Origin: Paecilomyces variotii
Lineage: Eukaryota
Reading direction: 5' to 3' (one strand)
Assembly: GCA_004022145.1 (NCBI GenBank)
Contig: RCNU01000013.1
Length of the DNA: 64,000 bases
Under the pieces are notes generated by a model. The model was not told the DNA's origin, did not search any database, and saw nothing but the letters and a program-made list of their open reading frames with translations. Shown here piece after piece: positions 50,305 through 62,480 of this stretch; within the stretch, counting starts at the first letter, position 1, and each line of letters starts with the position of its first letter. The position numbers and the translations under genes are program-made.

Positions 50305-52988
50305 TTATTTCTTTCCCTTCTGGGGCATATCCTTGAGGATATCGTCGAAACTCATGCCGGGGTTTCCACGGCTGACTGGACGAGCAGGCGGTTCTAATGG
50401 CGAAACACCCATAGGGAGAGGCAATGCTTCAAGCCCCGGATGGATCGAGAGACGGCGGCTCTGCCTCATGCTTCCTGCGGGGGAGGTTGAGCGAGGAATC
50501 GGAAGATTACCGGGGGAAAGGAGTGGAGTGGGTTGCACGTCTGAGACTGAGCCGACTGACGATAGAGGAGCGGGAGGAGGCGACGAGAAAGACGAGGTGT
50601 CGTTATCATCCGGCATGGGCATAGCCATGATCTCGTCCGTTTCGGCCCATTGCATGGCAACCTGCCAGCAATGGCTACGACGGTAGGTACCCTCCACACC
50701 GTTAGTGACAATATCGGTCGGAAGACTAACGACACCCTGGCCACCAGCAACACCGAACCAGCTGCGCGCCGCTTTGCCGTCATTATGGATCCATGGCGCA
50801 CCGCCGCGAGGTGCCACGCACAGGAAGTACTCGACGCCTTCCGTGTATACCACGTCAGCGGCGTCTACCACAAGCATGGGAAGAGCCTGAATGACCGCAT
50901 ACAGGAAGAGCCATTGGCCACAGCGGAGATCGCAGATGTCGTCCAGACTCTTTCCGTGAGCGGAGCGGCGCTCAAACTGCATGAAACTCTCCACGAATGG
51001 AGTCGGTTTCAGGCTCTCGCGCGTGTAAGAGCCCATTAGGATCTCGTTGATATCAGAATCCTTGAGCCTCTTGGTACGCTCCTTGGCCTCCTTCTTAGCA
51101 TCCATTGGCTTCCGTCGGACAGCCGTGAGATTCGGTAACTGGGGTATGTCAAAGGGGATGGGAGGGAGGACAGGCGGAGAGCTTCTGTCGTACTCGCTCA
51201 TCATCTGCCGCAGGGCCCGGATTATCTGCTCCGTCTGGTCAGGCGAATCAGATGTGTCGCCTGCGCTGTCGGTAGTCCGAGTGGTGAGAGAAGTCCGATC
51301 AACAATCATATCATATAGATCCGCAAAATCATCGTACAACTCTTTTAGGATTAGGCGGTTAAGGCCACTGTCGTCGATACCGTTCTTTTTCGCGTTCGAT
51401 TTCGGCGGCCATGATCCAAACTTCTGCCTGTAGTACTGCATGATATGTTTCCTGAATGACAAGAAGGACGCCTTCCACGCCTTAAACCGGACTACTTTGC
51501 TTTCTGCCGCCATGTTGGAATTCGCAATACCTGCCCACAAAGAAGGGAAATCGAAATCTTCGAGCTTGAACTTCATGGTCCTGACGCGGGTGTTCAAGTC
51601 CATGTAGCCCCGCTCCAGTCTCTTCTTGGTCACAGGATTCAAGGCCGCGTACTTGATACTATTCAACTGCTTCAGCTCGTCAAGCTTGCCCACTCCATGC
51701 ACGAATCCCTCGAGATAAAGCGGGTAGTAGCGCAGACCCTCTCCTAGGATCATGGCTTCGATCGTCTTCTCCCGACTATGCCTAACATCCGCGAGACGTA
51801 GCTCGTCGCAGTAGTTGGCGAAACTCGATGTCGCTGTCTCGCCAAAGTTCGAGCCATCAAGATTGGAGAATTCATACCGTGTCAATTGGTGGGACACCTC
51901 CATAAAGATGGTAAATAGGTCTGGATATCCAGGCGTCGCAATCAGAGCCTGTCCCAGAAGAAAGGCGAAGAGGTTTCGAATAACGAGCAACATTTCCGTG
52001 TCCTGGGGAGTCAACTTGAGTTCCTGATTTGAGACGTCGCTCTCCAAGGGGATAGGAATATAGAGATGCAGTGGCTGCTCATCCGCGGCGTCGTCCACCA
52101 TTTCTATCCTACCACTACCCGCGCTATCCGTGTCGAAGTCTGGGAAACGCTCCTGCGGAGAAAGCGGGGGTGACGCCGGTCCTCCAAGGGACAGGTCTTT
52201 CGTTGACTGCCTCAAACTATCCATTTTCGGATCTTTTCCGTGTGCCAGATATGTCAACAAGGGCGAGGCAGCAAAGACGGACGAGTCGACCTTGAAGGAG
52301 GGAGGTCTATTGGTGGTCTGTGGGAAAAGGTAGACGAAGGTATCTCCCTGTTCGTTCCAAAGTTCCGCAATCTGGTGCAATGATTAGCAACGGGTGTCGC
52401 AACGACGTCTGTCAATCCACGTACCGGTTCACCTCTCGCTAGAGGACCTAGGTCGTAGACGACCTTTTGCTCCAACCCAGCCACCCACGCAGTGGACACG
52501 TCTGCAGGCATTGGCACGCTTGGTCTGTTATCAACCGAGCTCGCTCGTGTCCGACCGGGCATCCAGCTGCGGCGTTTGTTCTTATGGTCCGTTGGAGTCC
52601 CCGGACGGGACCCTGATCGTGACCCCGGAGGGGCCAGGCCTCCCGATGTCGACGGTCTGCCTCTGCTCTGTGGTCTGCCATTGGAAGAATTGCCTGCGCT
52701 GTTGGCCAGGTCCTGGTTCACTGCCAACAAAGACGGAGGAGGAGGAAGGGGCTCGTTCAAGTCCAGGTCATCTGCAGGGCCTGAACCGCTGGCCCGCGAC
52801 TCGCTGGAAAGAACGTGTGGTGATGACACATGGCGGGCGGAGCGAGAACTGCCCCGGGGAGCGTCGACTGCTATGTGATCTGGGGAGCCCGTGGGCGAGG
52901 AGGACGAGGAACCGTGGTCCTTGGTCGATCCTCCCAGATTGAAGAGGGAGGATATGCGTTTGGCGGATTTGACAGGAGCCGACAACAT
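50305..52988 (-). CDS. Conserved fungal hypothetical protein (Ser/Pro-rich N-terminus, large helical domain)
   Basis: Two long ORFs joined by an intron near 52372-52424 (LARGEP|IAELWNEQGDTFVYLFP); conserved-looking blocks EGFVHGVG, FGSWPP and YRRSHCW. Confidence 0.82.
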
Positions 52989-53821
52989 CGTAGACTTCAC
53001 TGCACAAACAATGAGAATGAGATACCGCCGGAATTAAGAGACAAAGGAACAACCGAACAGGGACGGGTTAGAATACCATGTATTGCTCCCACTAGTAGTA
53101 TTCAAGAAGGAATTCGAAATCGAATTCGTCGGTCTCGAGTGCCGCTCTGCAAAGGAGGGGGGTGGGAGGGAGGAATGGATCGACGATATAGCTGCGGGAT
53201 CGGGGCGGGAGGCGCACTGCCAGGAGCAGCACGACTGGTGGGAGAGACAGAGAAGGCGTCTTCGCGTGAAAGATGCAGCAAGACGCTGCGTGAGACAAAG
53301 GATCAGAAAATTTTGAGGAGAGGCATTGACCGGGAGTTAGCAGGTTCTGATAAATCCTGAGCGGGTGGAGAGGCCGCTGGACGATGGGCCCGACTAAACG
53401 ACGCGAAGCTTAGCCCAGGGATGGAGCAGTCAGTCTGAGCCCGGAAGACTCAGGAGAACAAGAGAGAGTGTGTGTGTGTGTGTGGCGTTCTTCCCAGCAG
53501 TCCGGAATGCTGCGCAACAGACGATCCTGATCCGCAAGAACAGAGATCTATCAGGGGCGGTTTGAAGGAAGTTTCGGGCTGTCGTCCACTTTTAGTAGTA
53601 GTTAGGGGATGAGAGGATGAGCAGTTCCAGGCTGGAGAAAAGAAAATCCCCCAGCATGGCCTCGCAAACGGATCGGATCGTCGCGCAATCCAAGGCCCAC
53701 GAGTAGTGAAGTTATGTTAGTTATGTTAGTAGTTAGTTAGTTTAGTTATAACTTACCTTGGTAGAGAGCCTTGTGCCTAACTCATGAGTCGGTCATGACT
53801 GTCCTTTTTTGAGACATCAAC

Positions 53822-53880
53822 AAATAATGTAATGTAATGTAATGTAATAATAATAATAATAATAAATAAATATAAATAAT
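53822..53880. repeat. (TAATG)n/(TAA)n low-complexity tract
   Basis: aataatgtaatgtaatgtaatgtaataataataataataataaataaa read directly. Confidence 0.85.
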
Positions 53881-54726
53881 GTGGAGAGAAACAAGCCAAC
53901 GCTGCCGGATGACGTGGGAGATTGACCAGCTAACAACGTCCTAAATGTGTCTAAACCACCAGCGCTTGACTGCAAAGCCTCAAGCGTCGTGGAATGCCTG
54001 TCCTCGGGCTCTTGATCGCATCGCCAAATGGCCGCTAGAAAGCGCACGCCATTCCACAATCCCCAACTCTGGTGCGCCGGTTAAGCGCTAAAACACGTCT
54101 GTGAGCCGCCGTCACGGCTGAGGCTTGGACCGTTTTCTCTTTTTTTTCCTTCTTTTTTTTTTGGCTTGGAAGGTCGGATCCGTGGCTCGCAGAATGTTCG
54201 AAAATAGAACTAGTAGTCTAGCCAGCTGTGTCGTCCATACGTGCGAGGCTGAATCCACTAATTATTTTTTTTTATTTTTGTTCTTGAACCAACTACGGAG
54301 TAGACTATCTAACTATCTACCATCCTTACTGGGGCCGAAACTCCGTGAGATCCGTACCCGTTCGGAGAACTCAACCGCTGACGATCCGATCTTACAGACA
54401 CAGGCAAACGCAGACAAAACGATACAACGATACTTACCAGACAGCACTGCCCGAACTAACTAACTAACGATTTCGACGCTTCGCCATTTGTTCTCGAAGC
54501 CGCGCCAGGGTTCACGGAAGTCGGATTGTCGTTCTCTTATCCACTTCGCGGATTCCCCAGCCACCCACAGATACGTGCCCATACCTCCTACTACATGATA
54601 CGAGGCATCCCTCCTCTCAGCCTGGCTGGACAGTTTATGTTTATTATTGTATGTCACTAGACTCCTCCTGCTTCCCTGGGTCAGTTGTCAAGGTCAGCGG
54701 GTCTTTGCCAACAACAGATCTTCAAC

Positions 54727-56312
54727 ATGACGGGATCAGCCCTACCGGCTGCGGTCAAGGATCATATCAATCTTTTCCGTGGCTGGCCAAACCCCGCATT
54801 GCTACCAGTTGCCGATCTCTCCAAGGCATCCAGGACCGTGCTGTCCACGCCCTCCATCTACGAACCAGGGCTGCAGTATGGTCCAGACGAAGGTTATCAG
54901 CCCTTGCGCCAGCACGTGGCGGAGTGGTTGACAAGCTTCTACCAACCTCGCGACCCAGTGACGCAAGATCGTATCTGCATCACTGGCGGTGCCAGCCAGA
55001 ATCTAGCGTGCGTTCTTCAGGCCTTCACTGATCCCGTGTACACTCGCAATGTTTGGATAGTGGCCCCGATGTATTACCTTGCGGGCCGGATCTTCGATGA
55101 TTCAGGCTTCGCAGGGCGTCTGAGAGGCATCCCTGAAGACGAAGAAGGCATTGACCTTGACTTCCTCGAACGGGGGCTGGAAGAAGCAGAGAAGAAGGCG
55201 ATCTCAGAGGGAAACAATGAGCCGGTACGGTAGACGATTGCTAACGTGGAGAGATACGCGGAGAAATACGTGGGCCCTTTGCCAGGTATTCCCGTTGCGC
55301 GTATCATCCGTAATCCTCCGCCTTCTGCCAGACAAGCACACGACTAATCTGATCCTGTATCAAGAAATTGAAACCCCCACGGCCTTGGAGGAAGATATAC
55401 AAATATGTAATCTACGCTACGCCCACCTTCTCCAACCCGTCGATGAAGGTAATGTCGCTGCGGCGGCGGGAACGACTGACACGACTGGCGCGACGATTCG
55501 ATGCTCTAATCGTGACTGACGACGTATACGACTTCCTGCAATGGTCAAATACTCCGAATACACCCCTAGCTCGCCCCGACCACGCGTATATGCCGCGTCT
55601 TATCGACGTTGATCGCTATCTGGACGGTGGACCCAAGGACGAATGGGGCAATGTCGTTAGCAATGGCAGTTTTAGCAAGCTCATCGGACCGGGTGCAAGA
55701 ACAGGCTGGGCAGAGAGTACGGAAAAGTTCTCATATGGCTTGTCCCAGACGTAAGATATCTCGATACCTTGAAAAACTCGCCCAGCCGCCTTTTATCTGT
55801 GACGGCCAAGAGGCCCGCTGACGCAATTGGAATGCAGAGGCTCTTCGCGATCGGGCGGAGCGCCATCACAGCTGACCGCAACCTTCGTTGATCAGCTGCT
55901 ATCGACGTCTGTCATCCAGAATCATATCATTAACGTCCTTCAGCCCGCCTATGCTGACAGATACCACCGCACGCTGTCGGCAATCCAGGAGTATCTCCTT
56001 CCGCTCGGACTCACCATACCTCCCAACCCACACGAAGCCGCAGGGGGCTATTTCGTCTGGCTTGATTTACCGGAACCATTGCGAGCCAGCGACCTGGCAC
56101 GACGCGCTATGGAAGAGGAGAATCTTTTGATCGCCAGCGGTGACCTGTTCCAGGTGCCGGGGGAAGACGGTCCCCACCATGATGACTTCGAGCGCAGTGT
56201 GCGCCTCTGTTTTGCATGGGAGGAACCGAATAAATTGGGAGAAGGGATACAAAGGCTCGCTGCAGTTGTACAGCGGGCCATGGCTTCTGCAGCGGAGAAG
56301 TCGCATGAATAG
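54727..56312 (+). CDS. PLP-dependent class I/II aminotransferase
   Basis: INLFRGWP, LQYGPDEGY, ITGGASQ, PTFSNP, TDDVYDFL, SNGSFSKLIGPGARTGW (PLP lysine), GGYFVW and RLCFAW; two introns. Confidence 0.92.
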
Positions 56313-58292
56313 ATAACGAATGATCGCAGAGCAGCATATGCATTGGCCAGCGTTAGTATAATAGCTGTGCAAGCTTCTATATCCTTATGAAATGGCATAT
56401 GTGCTGTATTGCTAACGTTCACGAGCTGCGCTTTTAATGGATGGGTTGAATCTCAGTGCTTGTAGTATTCGACTGCAGCTATAGCCACAGAACAACTTCA
56501 TACCACAACCCCTACACCAGGAGTAACCCACATGTAGCACAAACCGGACCCTCGTAAAAGTACCTAATACTTTTGTAACTAGATCTGGACTCTGGGGAGT
56601 CGATCTTATCTTATCAGTCACCTGATGGTGCGATCTGGCCCACCGGGCGGGAGCAGCAGTTACTATGAAAGATTGTTCTGGATATTCAGTCTACCCTTTA
56701 ACTGAAAAATGTATTGTTGTATCAATAGATGCACTTCAGATCGATATGCCTCCAGGAAGTGTGATCCGGAGTTTGGACGATGAAGACGATGCTCTGTCTG
56801 GCCCGTCAAAACCTCTCAAGACAAGATCAAGAGGACTCGAATAGAAGCAACATCTGCAGGGGATACGTCATTGCTACTTATCCTATGTAGGACGAAAGAG
56901 CAGTATTTGAACAAAAATTGGCCAGAGCACATCGTGTCGAATTCTATAGCGGAGAAGCGAAACATGGAACTGAATATAGCCGTGAAGCAAACCTATCCAG
57001 CGTCTATCTATGGTCTACTTATCCCCTAGAGACTGTACGCGATTCAGATACTGATCCTGGTACAGCCTGGGATATTGCTCCGATACGGGACGTCTCCAAT
57101 CCGCACGGGGTTCAAAGGGGCAATGCAGCTGGCTTGTACTGTATGCGTTTTGAGTGCGACAATTTTCTAAATAGTAACTAGGACTACAATATCAATCCAG
57201 ACTTGTTTCTATTTCCCAGAAAGACATTCCCCTTCTCATATAATATCTAGCCCATTCACCATTATGGATCCTTCTTCCATAATCATTTCAAGTCCGTGGT
57301 CCACTTCACAGATTTCATTGCACTATACAAGTCATCATCTATAGACTAGTATCCGACAGCAGTCATTTACATAACCTCACTATACTCTAGACTCTAGAGT
57401 AAGTAGTCAAGTCTAGAACGAGCATCAAGGATCCGTCGACGCCATAACCTCGGCAGATAAACATTGTGGCTGCGCGTTTTGTCCACCATTCCGTTTCCGG
57501 GTAATTAATCCTTTCTACCTTATCTTTGATATCTCGATTAGACTATCTAACCGGGAATTAACATATCGATCTCATCGTTGTTATCCCACGTGTTGGTTAA
57601 ATCTTGGAACACGTGGCGTCGTGTTGTTGTGGTATGTGAGCTTATTAACTGGGCGAGGATGGCAAGTTGGGTTATATATATATATATTTAGTCTGTAGAG
57701 ATTGCTCTATCTAGCTCGATGTAGCAACGAAATAGACTCGACAAATAAGTTTTAGTTTTACCGTAAAGTCCATTCATTGACTGTCGATATTCGCTCTTAC
57801 GGCAATCTCAATACCATCAGTCTTTGTCGCGTGCCACGGCATCGTTGTTTCGCTATACTTATGCGCAAAATCTGGCTTCCGCTTGAAAGTTTCCCTACTG
57901 TGTTAGGTACACAGTCTTGTTATTTCAGCCAGTGAATGTAAAAGATGAAATTCTACCAGGCTTTGATATAGGTAGTCCACGCTGTTCAAACATGTACTTC
58001 TGGTGGTAGGTTAATTTCTGTTTTAGGAAGGTAGTATTGTTCAAAGAAGTCGCTTCTAAATAGGAAGGCGGTAGAACCAATCACATGACATCGAAAACGA
58101 CAGCCAATGAAATAACTCAATCATCTCTCCGTCCCCATGGGTGTTTCGAGCGATATCTGAAGTAGTATAGCTTCTCCAACTTAGCGGAAATAGAACTTTG
58201 CGCGACTCAAACGCGTCAACATCGAACTTATCTATAGATTTTTTCCCCCTCTTAGGCATGTACCGCGTTCTAGCTGTCCAGTATCGTTGACA

Positions 58293-59528
58293 ATGGGAGA
58301 TAATAATCCTCTCCGCGCGGGGCAATTGCCCCCATTCCGCATAAGAACGTCAGCTGCGCCGGCTCCGCCACCACCGTCTTCTTCGAGGGTTGATTTCCAG
58401 CGAGATCCTATTGTTTTCTATATGCAGGCCGCGACGGCTGCTATTGCTTCCCCTCCAAACCCAGCGCCTGGGGCACTACCGCCGGCGTCGAGGAATACGA
58501 TGCAGGTTCCAAGGAATATACAGCCGCCGGGGAATTTACGACCACCAGGCATTATTGCACAGCCATCGGGAAATGCACCACAACCACCTAGGTTTACGCA
58601 GCCAGCGGGGAATAATGCACAGCCGTCAGGAAATGCAGCACAGCCGCCGAGGTCCATGCAGCCAGCAGGGAATACACAGCAATCAGGAACTGCAGCACAG
58701 CCGCCGAGGAATGTATCGCGATCAAGGAAGAAGCTGAACGAGAGGGAAGAGGCAGAGATATGGTTGGCGTGTTTATTTTACGAACGGCGATATCTCGGGC
58801 TTTCTACTCATAACCAGTTCTGGATGGCGGTTGCAGCTAGAGTCAGCGAGAAAATAAACCGTCCGTATAGTCCGCAATCGTGCAAACGGCATGTTGATAT
58901 CAAGACGCGGTTGCGGCGTGAGGAAATAGAGCACGCGAAGAAGGGGGATGGGAGGGTATGGGACTCGCCCATGATGGACTTGATCGACAAATGGATAGAT
59001 GTTCAGGACATATACCAACGTAAGAAGGAAGAAAAGGAGGCTAGACTTAGGGAAGCGGAAAATGAGATCCTTAGAGCTGAAGGACGAGCGCCGCTTTTGT
59101 CGAGTCTTGCTTCGAGGAAACGAAATATAGATGATTCAAGCCGACCGTCCTCGCCAGACCGACCTGCGCCGCAAACTCGACCTCAGCAAATCAGACCTTC
59201 CCAGGAAATGAGTCAAAGTCAACCCACTCCTGCTTCAACTGGCGCCTCGTCTGACGAGGGGATCAGCGACAGCGAGTTCCGAAGCATATTATTGATGATG
59301 GCCAGGCAACTAGCGACCAGATTGTCACACGATGAGAAAGTCAGGCAAACAATGGACCGCCAAAAAGACGAACTTGCTGGCATTCGTAAAGGGCTAGAAG
59401 AGAACCGGAAGATACTAAAGGACATCATGGAAACCCAGGAAAAGATATTTGAGTTGATCAAGAAAATCGAGCCGAAAAACTTGGAGCGCCGAACTACCGA
59501 TGTTAAGGTTGAACCCAGCTCTCCGTGA
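58293..59528 (+). CDS. Intronless protein with Pro/Gln repeats, a Myb/SANT-like helical domain and a C-terminal coiled coil
   Basis: LNEREEAEIWLACL...QFWMAVAARVSEKINRPYSPQSCKRHV resembles a trihelix/Myb-SANT domain, and the C-terminus shows a heptad pattern. The ORF is solid but the domain call is by eye. Confidence 0.65.
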   Translation: MGDNNPLRAGQLPPFRIRTSAAPAPPPPSSSRVDFQRDPIVFYMQAATAAIASPPNPAPGALPPASRNTMQVPRNIQPPGNLRPPGIIAQPSGNAPQPPRFTQPAGNNAQPSGNAAQPPRSMQPAGNTQQSGTAAQPPRNVSRSRKKLNEREEAEIWLACLFYERRYLGLSTHNQFWMAVAARVSEKINRPYSPQSCKRHVDIKTRLRREEIEHAKKGDGRVWDSPMMDLIDKWIDVQDIYQRKKEEKEARLREAENEILRAEGRAPLLSSLASRKRNIDDSSRPSSPDRPAPQTRPQQIRPSQEMSQSQPTPASTGASSDEGISDSEFRSILLMMARQLATRLSHDEKVRQTMDRQKDELAGIRKGLEENRKILKDIMETQEKIFELIKKIEPKNLERRTTDVKVEPSSP

Positions 59529-62480
59529 TAAAGGAGAGGGGGGATGTGAGCTTTTTGTGTCTTATTGTTACTCGTGATGGTGATGATATAATGCAGCGTC
59601 TAACCTATATGCCTTTGTACTCTGCATAGCGTTACAGTCCTAATTAGTTGACATAATAATTGTAAATGTGTAATCTTTGTGGGCGAGAGAAATAACCGAA
59701 ACGTTGCAGGCGAAAAAAGAGAGTGGTGATTGATTTCAGCGACGTTAACACACTACTATACAACGGTGGAAACCAACTACGGCCTACGGATTTCCATCCG
59801 AAGAGTTTCCTCCAAGACACGATTCGCTTCCCAAGCATATTCAAGAATACCAGATAGACCTCACAAGAGGTTTCTCCAGGGTTCGATGCGTGCAAGCCGG
59901 ATTGAAGTAGGCCGGCATTCGAGATCCCGAAAGGTTCTTTGATCTTCTCTACGTAGCGCATCACGGCAGTTCGAAAGGTCTTCTCTGGCACTCTGCTGAC
60001 TTGATCCACTTTTCGACGAGCATGAAAGCAGTGTTTTGTCAGCTTGGAACCTCTAGTTAGACGACTGCACTAACTAGATAGTTATGCTGGCCGTGTAGAC
60101 TCAATCCGTTGGTCGTCCTGTGCGCATACAGCTTTCGCATGAACAGGGACGACATGACCGTCCGAGATCTCCGTGTACTCCGTACTATTGAGACATCTGG
60201 CGACGGGTTGAGCTCAGGCACCAACAGTCGGATAGCTTTCCGATTATATCTCCACGCGAACGAACGGGCCGATATGCGCTGTTCATCCCATATTGCTGTA
60301 TTTGCGCCCCCCTGTCTGTATCATATCGGTAGCTCATGTCGCGTGGGCACAAAATGTTATGAAACGATCTGCAATGTGATTTATTGTTTCCAGCCCTTTT
60401 CGAAACTCTTGGACGACTCGACGCCCAGTGGCGTATAATGTGGTTATTGTTCCTGGAGAGAGGATAGATAGCACGTTTCGGCAAGCGAAAATGAAATCCC
60501 CTGGCGGTTTATTTTTCCCCTGGAACTCTCCACTCGGTGGGGAAGCTGGATCAAAAGCTTGGCCTCTGCGGTCGGGAGGATTCAAGAGCCTTTGCGTTTA
60601 TTGGGAAAAGCGGCTCGTCTCGTCGTTTCGCATCGTTCTGATTCACTGTGTCCACGAAACAACTGGGAGATGAGTCTCTCTGATCATTGATGATCCTTTC
60701 GCAGACCTGCAGGTGGCTAGAGGGAAATCACACGGACGCCGTCGCCTGGAGAAGAACCTTGGCTATCTATCGATCTGGATTCTGGTGGATGCCTGCGAAT
60801 ATTGAATATTCTAATAAACTCTCGCCACGAGGCTGGTATCCCCCTCGAATCCAGGTGGTGATGCCTCTGCTGGCTTGAAAAATCAAGATTGCGATGGGAA
60901 CTGACATTCCGCGATGCTTGGCTCTGTGGGAGGAATCCCATTCCCGCAGCACAGGCATGCCGTCGCCATGCCGCCTCTATGACCCTCACATATGGCACGG
61001 AGGAAAAAAGAAGGGCGGAATGGAAGAAAGCGTGTTTCCCCCACTGCTGCGGAGACACAGTCAAAGTCCTTATGCGCGTGGGATATAAGATGACGGTGGA
61101 GGCTTCGCGGTCTCCCTCGAAACCGCGTCTTCAACGTCTGAGAATGGCATTCCATCACCACGCGTGTCTACCAGAAGGGGCAATATCGAGCCCACGATGC
61201 AGGCCAGATGGTGGAGGGGGCAGGACAACGAAGACATACCGACCACCAGAAAGGCATAATGGCTGGTTGATCGTGAACACCAATCGAGGGTATATAGGAA
61301 GCCCGTTCCAGAGAGACTGTTGTTTCTCGTAGAGTACTATCTAGACTGTCTATTATCTATCTATCTAGACATCAACTCCCTGCATATCGTGCGTCTTTCA
61401 GTCTTTCACGAACTGCATTTCCAGCCGCCATCTGTGCGTTCTCTCGATTATTATTCTTCTCTTTGTCCCTCTGCATCTAGACCGGCCAACCCTCGAACGA
61501 CTTCTGATCTTCCTGTCCGGGTCATCGGTAGTGTTTCAGGTATACGCGATCGCCCAGTCCGGCGCTGTCAGCAACCCAGACAGTCCAATCGTCCAGCCAG
61601 CCGCTGCGCTTCTCTTGCACGCCGTCGCTGGCTACTGCAGGGAATCAAGGACGAGAGAGCCCCGTTCTATCAAACGAAATCCATAGTCTGTCTCTGCGCG
61701 TTGGAGTTGGACTGCCGGGTGTGGAGTACCAGCAATAAGCCGGTGCCTCAAGAGGCTCCAGCTCTCCTTCATCCTTGACCTCTGGGCAGTTCCCAGAGGC
61801 TGCTTTTTTACGCGCCCTAAATATTAATTTAGGGTCAATACTTAATTAGGGGCGTCTTGTTTTCGCCCGGGCCACACGGAGGCGCTCTCCCTAGAGCCAC
61901 GATCCGATCCGCCAAGTTTATCTTGAGCGGACTCGCCATCGGCCATCTGCTCTCTCTCTTTCTCTTCCTCTCGTCGCCTCGCGCACCTTCACTTCGCCTG
62001 CTCATTGTTTGCTGAGCGCCCATTCGTTTGTCTCATATTCATTCACTTGTTGTGTTGCCAGCAGTTTTGACTGGCTGCTGTTCATACACTTTCGCTCTTT
62101 CCCTGCGCTTTGTTTGCGCGCTGAACTTCCTCGAGGAGTACTCCTACAGAAGTACAACACAAGGAACATATCACATCTGCTCTCTTGCAAAGAACATATT
62201 CACACTGTCGTTTTCTATTGTCACCTACATTCTTTGTCTTTCTGTACTTACCTATACCCTCTTTCGCAGGCGACTCCCTCCTTCATTTCCCTGCTCGCTT
62301 ATCAGTACGCTGCTTCCCTCAGCGCAACTGATCAACCAAGTGAGCGCAAGAGTATATTTCGAGTCTCCAGTGCTGGTTGCTGCAGACAACGCGTGAAAAC
62401 GTCAACATTGGAAGCATCTGTTTTTCTGCTTGTTCGATTTCCAATCTCGCATCTTCCGTTTGAGTGGAATCATCTTGACG

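Noticed and set aside
52394-53360. Plus-strand ORFs of 128-182 aa
   Set aside because: Antisense to the GC-rich first exon and 5' region of the 50305-52988 gene, with no recognisable motifs.
56740-57181. Coding-like fragments downstream of the aminotransferase
   Set aside because: No consistent start, splice pattern or motif; cannot be distinguished from intergenic noise.
60030-62400. Possible Harbinger transposase partner for the Myb/SANT-like gene among many short ORFs
   Set aside because: No DDE motifs found in the frames I read. It looks like the long upstream region of the GH55 gene.
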